Numbered from the stretch's first letter, positions 11,191-24,722 are shown. The stretch: 64,000 nucleotides of DNA from Octopus sinensis (GCF_006345805.1 NC_042999.1:23126001-23190000), one strand, 5' to 3'. Program-made: numbers and translations. Notes: generated by a model not told the origin, from the letters alone.

Positions 11191-12857
11191 CTTCTATCTA
11201 TAAATGTTCTAATATCTATACAGCCTTGGTTTATTTTATCTCATTACAAAAAAAAATTTATATGTATATATATAAATAAACATATCTATTACCTCTTGTA
11301 TTTATATATATATATACACACACACACATATATATATATATACCAATTACCTCTTGACTGTCTCTTGTGTATGTGAGTGCTATGGTTCACAGACACATAT
11401 TTAACAACCACATACACCAACACACAAACATATATAAACACACACATATACACATATGCATGCACAAAGAAACAAAGACAAACATATATACTTCGATATA
11501 ATTCTGTCACATACATATACATACACACACACTTTTCTTTTATAATCTTGCCGATTTCAGAGGTGAGAAACAGTCTAAATGTGCTAATGTGTTAACTAAG
11601 CAATAGATGCCAATTTGTTAGTTGGAAATATCTTAAATTTGTCATCCTTCCAATAATTCAACAAGACTATAGTCTATACTCACCAAATGTCTTAGACACA
11701 GTGGTAACCTATGGTTTCTGTAGGCTGTTGTAAAAGTTGCTATTTTTTGTTCTATAGTGCTTAACTCTTTAGCTTTCAGATTTCTCAGTCAAATGTAATA
11801 TTCATTTATTCCCAGTTTTGAATTAATCATGCATTATCTCGTAGCTTTGAGATTTCAATGATGTGGTTGTTTATTTTTAGAATAATATTGTAGGATAAGT
11901 GTGACAGGCCAGATCTGGCCAGTTTAAAGATAAAGCAGGTAGATTGTTTTGGTTGGATATGGCCGGTTTAAATACTAAAAAATTAACCCTTTAGAATTCA
12001 GATTTTTTTGTCAAATGCAATGCTTTTTCCATCATGGCCACAGTCAAATGGCTGAAACAAGTAAAAGAGTAAACTAACATTGTTTTCATGGATGCTTAAA
12101 ATATTCCTGTGTGTCCACAATTTGCTATTTTGCTTGTAAGGACCCCAAAGGGTCATACAGATCCCAGTTAAAATCCACTGATATAAACTGTCAACTCTTT
12201 TGACCAGGGAGTTTTCTCATATATCAACTCAGCAAATTGAAAGCTTTTTGTGTCAACATGACATTTCCATATTTAAAACACAGTTGTAATGTGTGTAATG
12301 AAAGAATCTTTTCATTGATCACTAAAGGTGCTTAATTTCATTTTTTTTTTTTTACCGTTTCCTTGGAATTTTTTTTTCCCCCCCTATTTACTATTTTAAC
12401 GATATTATTAGCTTTATTAATTGCATCTGCCATACATTTTCGTAATTTTAAATCCTTTATCAATGATTCATGACAAGATATTTCCTTTCAATAACAATTT
12501 TGAGGATACGGTATTCAGTTTGACAGACTGTTCTCTATAATTTGATGCCAAAAGTTAACACATTCTTCATCACAAAGGGATAAAATTCTGAATAAAAAGA
12601 TCAAAAATTCAGTTTATTCAATAATATCATTTCTAATTCAAAAGCCAATATCCAATTCAGAATGGCTGAATCCATTGAAAATGTCATAATGTATTTTAGT
12701 ATTTAGTAGTTATGTAGAGTGGTGGGCTGGCAGAATCATTAGAGCATCAGACAAAATGCTGGGTAGTATATCTTTTGGCTCTTTACATTTTGAGTTCAAA
12801 TCCCACCAAAGTCAATTCTGACTTACATCTTTCTGTAAGTTAATAAAATTAAGTATT

Positions 12858-13259
12858 GGCGTAGGAGTGGCTGTGCAGTAAGTAGCTTGCTTATCAACCA
12901 CATGGTTCCGGGTTCAGTCCCACTGCGTGGCACTTTGGGTAAGTGTCTTCTACTATAGCCTCGAGCTGACCAAAGCCTTGTGAGAGGATTTGGTAGAGGG
13001 AAACTGAAAGAAGCCTGTCGTATATATGTATATATATATATACGTGTGTGTGTGTGTGTGTGTTTGTGTATGTTTGTCACCCCCCAACATCGCTTGACAA
13101 CCGATGCTGGTGTAATTACGTCCCCGTAACTTAGCAGTTCGGCAAAAGTGACCGATAGAATATGTATAGGCTTACAAAGAATAAGTCCTGGGGTTGATTT
13201 GCTCGACTAAAGGTGGTGCTCCAACATGGCCACAGTCAAATGACTGAAACAAGTAAAAG
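12858..13259 (+). mobile_element. tRNA-derived SINE family A (CORE-like). Other copies: 13380-13800(-), 18975-19338(-), 25340-25700(+), 29100-29500(-), 30728-31160(+), 31241-31640(+), 50815-51180(-), 54565-54970(-), 56492-57112(+), 57220-57623(-)
   Basis: Head GGCG(C/T)AGGAGTGGCTGTGTGGTAAG...GGTTCAGTCC; CORE-like CCTTGGGCAAGTGTC; internal TA/TG tract; tail CCAGCATGGCCACAGTCAAATGACTGAAACAAGTAAAAGAG. The family name is inferred. Confidence 0.88.
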
Positions 13260-13597
13260 GGTATTGGTTAAGCATTAGGATCAATTTAATTGATTAAACC
13301 CTTCTCCAAGTTTTCTAGCTTTGAAAATGTCACATGTGTTTTGCATGGGAACAGATGAATATATCATCTACTTCTTTCCTTTTACTCTTTACTCTTTTAC
13401 TTATTTCAGTCATTTGACTGTGGCCATGCTGAAGCACCACCTTTAGTTGACCAAATGGACCCAAGGACTTATTCCTTGTAAGCCTAGTACTTATTCTATC
13501 GGTCTCTTTAGCCGAACCGCTAAGTTACGGGGACGTAAACACACCAGCATCGATTGTCAAGCGATGTTGGGGGACAAACACAGACACTCAAACATAT

Positions 13598-13643
<46 letters not shown>

Positions 13644-15276
13644 GACGTGCTTCTTTCAGTTTCCGTCGACCAAATGCACTCACAATGCTTTGGTCGGCCC
13701 GAGGCTATAGTAGAAGACACTTGCCCAAGGTGCCATGCAGTGGGACTGAACCCAGAACCATATGGTTGGTAAGCAAGCTACTTACCACACAGCCACTCCT
13801 TTTTTTGTTTTTGTTTTTTTGTATTCCTATGTCGTTATGTTTTGAAATATTTTTGCTGATTTACTGTCATTTGCTTTCCTTATTCAGTTTTTTGAATAAT
13901 TAAATAATTAGCCACTTGAAACTCAGGAAAACAGTTCAAGATCAAAATGTATCAACTTGTAGAATATTTTCTTCATTTTTAAATACAAACATTCAACAAT
14001 ATTTTCTCTCTTACAAACACATGCACACAGACACATACACACGCAAGTACACACACACATACATACACATCAGACATCTACTACAGCAATCTAAGAAAGA
14101 AGAAAAATTAACAAATCTCAGTATGAGCATTAAACTTACAAATTTATTGCTTTCTAGGTGACAATGCTACTAATTGCATTAAGTGAACTCTGAAAACATT
14201 GACTATTGAAACAGCAAATATAAATAACATTTTTATTGAATGAGCTTAATGATCTTGTAAGGTCTCAAAACCAATGAAAATCACTAACAATTTAACAGCT
14301 ACTTAACTACTAATGGATAGCCTACCCAAACAAATATCTTATTTCTTTACTGTCCACGAGGGGCTTCACACAGAGGGGAGAAACAAGGACAGACAAATGG
14401 ATTAAGTCGATTATATATTGATCCCAGTGCATAACTGGTACTTATTTAATTGACCCCGAAAGGATGAAATGCAAAGTCGACCTTGGCAGAATTTGAACTC
14501 ATAACGTAATGGCAGACGAAATACCGCTAAGCATTTCGCCTGGCATGCTAACGTTTCTTATTTCTTTACTGCCCACAAGGGGCTACACACAGAGGAGACA
14601 AACAAGGACAGACAAACGGATTAAGTCAATTATATATTGACCCCAGTGCGTAACTGGTACTTATTTAATCAACCCCCGAAAGGATGGAAGGCAAAGTCGA
14701 CCTCAGTGGAATTTGAACTCAGAACATAGCAGCAGATGAAATACTGGTAAGCATTTAACCCGGTGTGCTAACGTTTCTGCCAGCTCACTGCCTTACCCAA
14801 ACAAATATCTAAAAGTCCAGTACTTGTGATTCTTCCTAACCACCAAACCATCTTCATTCCTCTACCCTGCTTCACTCTCCTTGTGCCTTGATGGTATGTT
14901 CTGATACCTCATTTTCACCATCTTTTCTCCCTTTTCAGCTGGGGTAACCATATATCTTCTCTACAGTAAGACATCTGCTCTTGTCCTCCTATCATGCTTT
15001 AACTGATCTGTACCTGGCATAAAGCATTCTGCCCCAACACTGTACTCTTGCTCTATCAAGAATGTGTTTTTGCAAGTAACACAGGGATTTTATGAGTTCT
15101 AGTACCACATTAAAAAAAAAGGGATCCCAGTACACTCCTTTAAGTGATTGGTGTTAGGAAGGGTATCCAGCTTAAGGGGCCTTGCCAAAGCAAACACTGA
15201 AACCCAATACAGCCCTCAAGCTAGTTGGATGCTGTCAAACCAACCAACTCATGCTAACATGGATTATTGATATTAA

Positions 15277-15307
<31 letters not shown>

Positions 15308-15710
15308 CTGGCCTTCGTGCAAGTGGCACATAAAAGCACCCACTACACTCACGGAGTGGTTGGCGTTAGGAAGGGCATCCAGCTGTAAAAACTCTGCCAG
15401 ATCAGATTGGAGCCTGGTGCAGCCATCTGGCTTGCCAGTTCCCAGTCAAACCGTCCAACCCATGCCAGCATGGAAAGCATACGTTAAACGATGAGGATGA
15501 AGATGATGATATATATGTACTTACATATGATGATGATGATGATGATGGATTAATGATGAATATTCACTTGCTCAACTGACCAACCTCCTCATAAATTAAA
15601 CATCTAAGGAGCTGCTAAATACTCTACAGACCAGACACGCATTCCCTTAACTTGATTTCCCAGCTGAATCAGCAAGGAATGATATGTGACAAGGGTGAAT
15701 ATTTACTTAC

Positions 15711-15782
15711 CGTCCAGTTGGTACGCTTCCACATTGTTTGCGTTTCCCTAATTTTGCTGGTGAGACTTTGGCTGATTCAGTG
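15711..15782 (-). CDS. Candidate in-frame cassette exon of the TEP1-like gene, TESAKVSPAKLGKRKQCGSVPTG(R), phase 2->2
   Basis: Strong acceptor TTTTTAATCTTTTTGCCCACAG and donor CG|GTAAGT. 72 nt, open only in the required frame, unique sequence. No homology that I recognise. Confidence 0.5.
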
Positions 15783-17440
15783 CTGTGGGCAAAAAGATTA
15801 AAAATGAAGATGTTCTATAGTGGGATCAAACATGGTAACTCATGATTGACAAGAGAAATTCTTCCCCATTTGATCATACTTTTCCCACTAAATGTATATT
15901 AGGGTAATGACTTTTTCACAACCTAATAACCCTATACTGTAATTTGATGAATAATATCATAAAAGTCAGGAAACTAACATTTATTTTGCTTTATTTGAAA
16001 AAAAAAACGTCACCCCCAACTTCAGAAATTAATCACCACTTTTGGATCCAAGTTTTTACCAAACTTGGTGTGCAGACTCAATGCAATTCAGAAATAGTAT
16101 ATCTGAAATTTCGTGGAGGCGTGTGGTTTAGTGGTTAGGGTGTCAGCATCATGATCGTAAGATTGTGGTTTTGATTCCTGGATCGGGCGACGCATTGTGT
16201 TCTTGAGTAAAACACTTCATTTCACGTTGCTCCAGTCCACTCAGCTGGCAAAAATGAGTAACGCTGCGATGGACTGGTGTCCGGTCCAGCTGGGGAGCAG
16301 ATATGCCATTGAAACCGGGAAACCGAGCCCATGAGCCTGACTAGGTTTTAAAAGAGCGCCTTTATTTATTTTAAATCCTTGTAAATGCAAGAGAGATGTG
16401 GAAGAAAAGTGTATTTATACATTTTTAAGATTATTGAATTGAAATTGCTCAATGCAACGGTTCAAAACAAGACTATTTTAAGACAAATGCCACTACAACC
16501 ATTCAATAACATCCAAAATTAAAAACAATTCATGTTTTTAACTTTATAGGTTTAATTCTAATTTTAAATAACTCTATAAGAAAAAGGGTTGTTAACAAAA
16601 TTTTAAACATAACAAAGAATTAATGTTTTGTTAGATAAAATAAATCTAAGCTGAATTTTCTCCTTTTACAATCATCATAAAGATCTCGAAGGTACTTTTT
16701 GTATCTTTGAGTGACACAAGCACTTCTCTTATGCGACATTATTTTAGATACTCTAGTTGGATAAGCCTACTATTCTGAAAAACGGTTAATATAGTCAGAG
16801 TTTTTAGCATCATGGAAATAAAAAGGAGAGGATGAGGATATTTCCTAAACTAGGGCCTAAGTGGTAACAAATTAAAAACTCCTAAAAAGTCCTAAACTAC
16901 TTGAACTTGAAAGCTGAAATTTGAGGTATACTGCTTCTGCATTGCATTAAGACAGCACACCAAGTTTTCTAAAAAAAAATTGAGAAGGCATTATGAAACC
17001 CCCATCCTCACCCACCTAGAATTTTGAATGATTTCTTCAGTTGAGGGTGATGTTTTTTTTTTAAAAAAACTTAAAATAAAGGTAATTTTCCCCACTTATA
17101 TGAAATTGCTCATCGACTTCTGATACAAGAAATTGTTTACTTCCAAAAAAATCAAAAAGCCATAACCCTAATGTACATAATATATATATATATATATCTA
17201 TAATGGTTTTTATGTGACACTATTAGTTTCATGTGATGAAAGCATGCCAGACAGTAATTTTTAACACATCTGGTGTCTCAGCACAATCTTCGGGCATGTG
17301 TTAAAAAATATTGTCTGGAATACTTTCATTGCATAACAATAATAGTAGTACATAAAAACATATATTATGCTTATTAGATGATATTATCTTTCACCAGAGA
17401 GAGTACTTTTCTTGTTGATCTCACCATCACGGAACAGCAC

Positions 17441-17472
<32 letters not shown>

Positions 17473-17477
<5 letters not shown>

Positions 17478-17851
17478 ATATAAACGGCAGTTTGTCTGTG
17501 CGTGTTTCTGTGTGTCTGTTTGCTTGTACCCTCACCCTGACCACGGCTTTCAACCGATTCTGATGAAACTTGACACACACATAGCCCAATATCATAATTC
17601 AAAACTAACGCAGCGAAAATTTTGAAAAGTTCCCCCAGTTCTGAAAAAATCGATAAATTCGACATGGGGTCGAGAATCAGAAACACGAACCACAAACTGT
17701 CTAGGGGACGCAACTCCACCTTTTTTAAATCTCAAAAAAAAATTTACCATCATTTTTTTCCATTTTTTTGCTATTTTTTGGCTATCACTCTCTAAAAATG
17801 GTTTATAGTTATTTCCCTTACAAACCTGAGCAACGCCGGGCGATACTGCTA

Positions 17852-17852
<1 letters not shown>
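17473..17852 (+). mobile_element. Non-autonomous Helitron
   Basis: 5' TC preceded by A; 3' GC-rich hairpin cctgagcaacgccggg followed by CTAG, then T; no TSD; sits in a (TA)n tract. Confidence 0.85.
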
Positions 17853-17879
<27 letters not shown>

Positions 17880-17888
<9 letters not shown>

Positions 17889-18130
17889 GGTTCAAATGTA
17901 CAGAAAACAAGAGACAGGTGAGGTAACAAAAAGCAAGTGCATTAGTTTGATGCTTGGGGAAAATGGAAAAGTCTTTGACACAAATTAAATTTAAATGTTG
18001 AAGTGAATCTAACGGGGTTTTTTGTGTGTTTTTAAATGGCTTGTAAACACCGTCCACGCTGAAATTGTCTTTGTTTCAAAATACGATCTCAGATCAAGTC
18101 ACTTGCTATGCAAGTCCATCTCCATAATAA
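17880..18130. repeat. Dispersed repeat with an inverted counterpart at about 39805-39970
   Basis: aaatttaaatgttgaagtgaatctaac...gatctcagatcaagtcacttgctatgcaagt.catctccataata recurs as its reverse complement. Confidence 0.75.
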
Positions 18131-19359
18131 ATATTAATCTGCAGAAATGTTTGTTTTTAATAAGAGAAGTTATAAATAAAAACATTAATTTCATGGATTA
18201 CTTAATATTACTTAGTTATTAACTTCAGGTTCAGATGATAGCAAGCAAGCCAAAACTTCAAAGTTACTATCAATCTTTCCATTATAAATATCACTCTCTC
18301 CCTCTCTTTCTCTCTCTCTCTCTCCCTCTCTTTCTCTCTCTCCCTCTCTTTCTCTCTCTTACTCCACATACATAAACGTATATGAATGTACATGTATTTG
18401 TGTGTGTGTGTGTGTATCCATCTATCTGTGAGTGTGTGTGTGTGCACATGCGCACGTCTGTGTGTGTGTGTCTATCTATTTGTGTGTGTATGTTTGTGTG
18501 TCTGTGAATGTGTATCTATCTATTTATGTGTGTATGAGTGTCTGTTTGTGTATGTGCATGTCTGTGTGTGTATCTATTTGCGTGTGTATGTTTGTGTGTG
18601 TGTATTTGAGTGTGTGTATGTGTCTGTATCTATCTATCTGTGTGTATGTGTGTGTTTGTGTGAGCGCACATCTGTCTGTGTGTGTGTTTATCTATCTATC
18701 TATCTATTTGTGTGTGTGTGTCCGTGTGCATATCTATGCGTGTATTTGTGTGTGTTTGTTGCATATGTGAGTGTTTGTGTGTGCATGTGTGTGCACACAT
18801 ACACTTCTGTCTGTGTGTATCCATCAGTGTGTGTATGAGTGCATGTGTGTATTTGTGTGAGTGTGTATCAAATTATCTATTTATGTGTGTGTTTGTGTGT
18901 CTGTGTCTCTGTGTATATCTACCTATCACTATGTGTGTGTGTGTACGCAAACAGGGGGATGCTGATATTCTTTTCTTCCTTTACTTGTTTCAGTCATTTG
19001 ACTGCAGCCATGCTGGAGCACTGCCTTTAGTCAAACAAATCAACTCCCCAGGACTTAATCTGTGTAATCCTAACACCTATCCTATCAGTCTCTTTTGCTG
19101 ATCTGCTAAGTTACAGGGGCGTACACACACCAACATCGGTTGTCAAGTGATGGGGGGGCGACAAACTGACATACAAATACATAGATACACACACACACAT
19201 ATATATATATTCATTCAAAGGGTTTCTTTCAGTTTTCGTCAACCAAATCTGTAGTAGAAGACACTTGCTCAAGGTGCCACACAGTAGGACTGAACCCAGA
19301 ACCATGTGGTTGGGAAGCAAGCTTCTTACTACCAGCCACAAAAAGTCTATATACTTTCA

Positions 19360-20371
19360 CACTACATACTTAGACATGAACACATATGATGTACACACAC
19401 ACACATATACATATACAAGCATACATACAAAGCTTCATGCACACATACACACCACATATATGCTACACACAAACACATACATTCATGCAAACATATGTAC
19501 AACATGCTACACATACAACATACACACACAGGCACACACACATACATGCAACACATATAAACATAGATACAGCCCACATGAACATATATACACAAGCACA
19601 TATGCGCTACACACATATACACACATATAAGTATATATGTACAAACACATACATACACACATATATATATGTACATCCATCCATACAAGCATGCAAGCAT
19701 ACTTACACACATACACACACACACACATACATATGTACATCTATAAAAGCATACATATACACACACATATATATATATACATACAAGCATACACATATAC
19801 ATACAAGCATACATGCATACTTGCATACACATACACACAGACATACATATATACATACATGCATGCATATATACATACATATGTATATACACACATGCAT
19901 GCATAGATATATACATACAGATATATGGACACATACAAGCTTTACATACACACACATGTGCATATACATACATATATACATGCATGCATGCATATATACA
20001 TATATATACATGCATACATGTATACATGCATACATATATACATACAGATATAAGCACACACACAAGCAAGCTATACAGACATATACACATACATGCATGT
20101 GTGCATACATACGCACATATATACATACATATATACATGCATACATACATACATATATACATACAGATATATGCACACACACACAAGCTATACATACACA
20201 CACTTATGCATATACATATACACATACATGCATGCATGCATACATACATTTATACATATATCCATAGATATATACATGCATATATACATATATACATACA
20301 GATATATGCACAGACACAAGCTATACATACATACACTTACGCATGTACATACATATACACATACATGCATG

Positions 20372-20405
<34 letters not shown>

Positions 20406-20673
20406 TATGTATATATACACACATATATACATGCATATATATGTGCATATATACATGCATACATACAGATATATGCACACACACAAGCTATACATACATA
20501 CACATATGCATATACACATACATCCATACATACATATACATGCATATATACATGCAAACATACATATATACATACAGGTATATGCACAGACACAAGCTAT
20601 ACACACATACATTTACACATATACATACATATACACATACATGCATGCATACATACATACATACATACATACA

Positions 20674-20709
<36 letters not shown>

Positions 20710-20866
20710 TATACACACATATATACATGCATATATATATATATATGCATATATACATGCATACATACATACATACATACAGATATATGCACACACACAA
20801 GCTATACATACATACACATATACACATACATACATACATACATACTTACATATATACATGCATACA

Positions 20867-20900
<34 letters not shown>

Positions 20901-21015
20901 CATGCATACATACATATATACATGCATACATACATATATAATACATACACACAATCTATATATATACATACACACATATATACATACATACACACACACA
21001 AACACACACACATAC
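19360..21015. repeat. Long compound (CA/TA/CATA) microsatellite; similar tracts at 1-590, 4333-4702, 5210-5920, 6050-6460, 18380-18940, 21460-21930, 47215-47620, 53330-54095, 57624-57720
   Basis: Directly visible low-complexity sequence. Confidence 0.97.
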
Positions 21016-21634
21016 ACAAACCATACTCTTACAGTTAACATTTCGCCTCAACTGAAGCGGAATCTTCCCCATTGTTAATCTTCAAAACATTAATGGGGGG
21101 TTCTTTGCAGGATCCAATTTTATAATTGGTTCACAGTCCTCTGCTCCGAGCAGATCTTCGAAATTCAAAAACCCAGCATTTAGAATCTCATGCCAATTAA
21201 AGATGAATGTGGACAAGAAAAAAAGATATCAGTGGTGGTGGTGGTGGTGGTGGTGGTGGTGGTTCTCGTCTTCATCGTCATGGCGAAGTGTGATGGGGGG
21301 GAGGTGGAGGTATTTGTTGGCTTTTCGCATTTATTTTTGTTGAGTTTAGTTTTTTAGGTTTTCATTTCAGTTTTTTTTTTTCATGAGACTTTGGTTAAAT
21401 TTTATTGGTTTCATTTTATTTTCCAAAATAGGGGAAAAAATTCGACTCAAAAGGTGAAACATGTGTATGTGTATATGTATATATCTATGCATACATGTAT
21501 GTGTAATGGATACATATTTGTATGAATACATGTGTGTATGTGTGTGTATATATATACGTGTGTGTGTGAATACATGTATATATGTGTGGGTGTGTACATA
21601 TATATGTGTATGTGAATACATGTATATGTTTGTG

Positions 21635-21665
<31 letters not shown>

Positions 21666-21839
21666 GAATACATGTATATATGTGTGTGTATATATATATA
21701 TATATATATGTATATGTATGTGTGTGTATATATATATGTATATGTATGTGCGTGTGTATGTATATGTATATGTATATATCTATATGTATGTGTGTATATA
21801 TATATATGTATATGTATGTGTGTTTGTGTGCATATATGC

Positions 21840-21928
<89 letters not shown>

Positions 21929-22425
21929 GTATTAAGTTTTAAATCATTAAACCGAATTGTTTGTGTGATAATAACTTTGGAAACAGCCAGAAGAGGAAAT
22001 TCTGACTAAGAAGGAAATTAAAGGGGAAACCAGGTGTTTTCATGGAATTCTAAGAGCATTTGTATCAAGCTGAAGTGTGACTCTTTCAACAATAAAATAA
22101 TAACAATGTATTTTCAGTATAGTGAAGCTAGATCAACAGGAAATTGAAATGGCTGTGGGGGTTAAGAAGATTGTTTTGTAACCAAATGGTTGAATGGTTG
22201 CAGGTTCAAACCCACTTGGGTTAAATGTTTTTTTTCTTATCTTAGCTTCTGGTTGAGTGAAATTTGGTAGATGGAATCAATTCAGGAGATAGAAGTAAAT
22301 AAATATATATATATATATATATATAAGTTCAGCAAAATTTAGATTCAGATGAATATGGTACTTAAGTTAAAGGCACCAGAATTTCGTATGGTATTATCCA
22401 TATAAATCAAATGGGGTGATTATAA

Positions 22426-22712
22426 TCAAAATAAGCAACAAGGATATCCAAGGTAGTGTAGTACAATTGTTTCATGCTACTTCATTTTATGAAACACTGT
22501 AAGTATTACATCAGTTTTAAAATGTTGAGCAATGTTGGCAAATGAAATAAGTATAAGAATGTACATTGTCCGTTTTAATTAAAAAATTCTATATGTGGCT
22601 GAAGATTGCTCGACATTTTAAAACTGATGTAATACTTACAGTGTTTAATAAAATGAAGTAGCATGAAACAATTGTACTACACTACCTTGGATATCCTTGT
22701 TGCTTATTTTGA
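22426..22712. mobile_element. Fold-back element with about 108-bp TIRs and the same termini as 4703-5119
   Basis: TCAAAATAAGCAACAAGGATATCC...GGATATCCTTGTTGCTTATTTTGA; near-perfect arms; right flank is (TA)n. Confidence 0.88.
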
Positions 22713-24570
22713 GTATATATATATATATATATAAACACACATCCACCCATATATGTGTGTACATATACATTTGCATGTATGTGTGTGTGTGTCATCTTTT
22801 ACTTATTTCAGTCATTAGACTGTGACCATGCTAGGATACCACCTCAAAGAATTCTAGCCAAACAGATTGACCCCAAGATTTTTTTTTTTAAGCCTGGTAC
22901 TTATTCTATCAATTTCTTTTACCAAATCACTAAGTTACAGGTACATAAACACTCCAGCACTAGTAGTCAAGCAGTGATGGAGGACAAGCAGTAATGGGGG
23001 AGAAATACACACACACATATTTAGTGCTGACTGTTGGAAGACAGAGTACTCAATACCAGAGTAAAGATTAATAATAGTTTTATTTTGGTCAAGTCTGTCA
23101 TTTGAGTTATAACTTACCTGAAGACCCCGTACATCTACAGGTGAAACTCAGAGTAACAAAAAACTGAATCAACCAAAACAGAAATATATATATATTTAGT
23201 CGCAGGAGTGTCTGTGTGGTAAGTAGCTTGCTTACCAACCACTTGGTTCCAGCCTTGGGGTAGTGTCTTCTACTATAGCCTTGGGCCATTCAAAGCCTTG
23301 TGAGTGGATTTGGTAGACGGAAACTGAAGCCCGTCATATATATGTGTGTGTATATATATATATATTATATATATATATATATACACACATATATGTATGT
23401 GTGTGTATATGTTTGTGTGTCTGTGTTTGTCCTTCGCTTGACAACCAATGCTGGTGTGTTTGGTGTGTTAACGCCCCTGTAACTTAGCGGTTAGGCAAAA
23501 GAGATCGATAGAATAAGTACTAACCACCAAGCTATGCACCTCCATCATGAACATGGTCTTATCTTTCTTTTTACTCAAAGAGACCAAGGTGGGTGTAGCT
23601 TCTTGGAACATACAAGGATGAACCAACCAAAGTAGCTTAATTCAACCCTAGCTCAGATTATTATCATCTCAATAAACAAATATATGTCCTCGTTGTTAAT
23701 TAGTGAAGCTTTCTTGTCACACTGTAACAAACAACCGTTGCAAGCCATTCATTTATTTTCCCAGTGTTGCATGCATCGACATTTTGGTGATAAGGTTAAG
23801 GCACTACCATCTAGCGTTCCTGATCTACATGGCAACCCCTGCACCTGATCGTCTCTCACAGTCATACTAGCCTTACCTGTGTTCTCACTCAAGGAGACCT
23901 ACTGAAGTACAAAGGTTAACAAACCAAGGGAGCTTAAATGTACCCTAGCTCAGATCATTTTCATCTCATAGACAATTACATGCTATGAATGTCGATTAGT
24001 GGATGGAAGCACTCCGTCGGTTATGACGACGAGGGTTCCGGTTGATCCGAATCAATGGAACAGCCTGCTCGTGAAATTAACGTGTAAGTGGCTGAGCACT
24101 CCACAGACACGTGTACCTTTAACGTAGTTCTCAGGGATATTCAGCGTGACACAGAGAGTGACAAGGCAGGCCCTTTGAAATACAGGTACAACAGAAACAG
24201 GAAGTAAGAGTGAGAGAAAGTTGTGGTGAAAGAGTACAGCAGGGATCACCACCATCCCCTGCCGGAGCCGCATGGAGCTTTAGGTGTTTTCGCTCAATAA
24301 ACACTCACAACACCCGGTCTGGGAATCGAAACCGCGATCCTATGACCGCGAGTCCGCTGCCCTAACCACTGGGCCATTGCGCCTCCACATGTTGATTAGT
24401 AATGCTGTCCCGACACACTATAACAGACAACATTTCATGCCATTCTTTAATTTCTCCAATCAGTTATAGTATTGCATGCATAAACATTTTGGTGATCAAG
24501 CCAAGCTGTTACAAAGGGTTAGAATTAAAATACTGACTCGTTCTGAAAGATATAAGAAGTAACTACTTAC

Positions 24571-24722
24571 TTTTCCGATGAATAATTCTTCAGGCGATAC
24601 AAATAACAAGAGATGTCTTCTGCTGCTGTGACAACAAACTCGCTGCAGATGTCTGCACATAGCAGAGGCTGACAGTGTTTAGTGAAACTTTGCTTGCAGT
24701 GACCATTAGTCCAAACAAACAT
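24571..24722 (-). CDS. TEP1: TEP1-like exon MFVWTNGHCKQSFTKHCQPLLCADICSEFVVTAAEDISCYLYRLKNYSSE(K/N), phase 0->2
   Basis: Long polypyrimidine acceptor ending TTGTAAAG, donor GTAAGT, 152 nt; within ORF 24567..24776. Confidence 0.88.

Noticed and set aside
11009-11203. Plus-strand ORF with an internal acceptor/donor pair
   Set aside because: Better explained as a Penelope-like remnant carrying hammerhead motifs; no partner exons found.
14140-14189. 50-nt AG/GT-bounded segment reading RVHLMQLVALSPRKQ*
   Set aside because: It contains a stop although the gene clearly continues. It could only be a poison exon, and such site pairs arise by chance in long introns.
23118-23134. 17-nt microexon candidate (TGTAG|...CAG|GTAAGT)
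   Set aside because: It shifts the frame relative to the next exon; no supporting homology.
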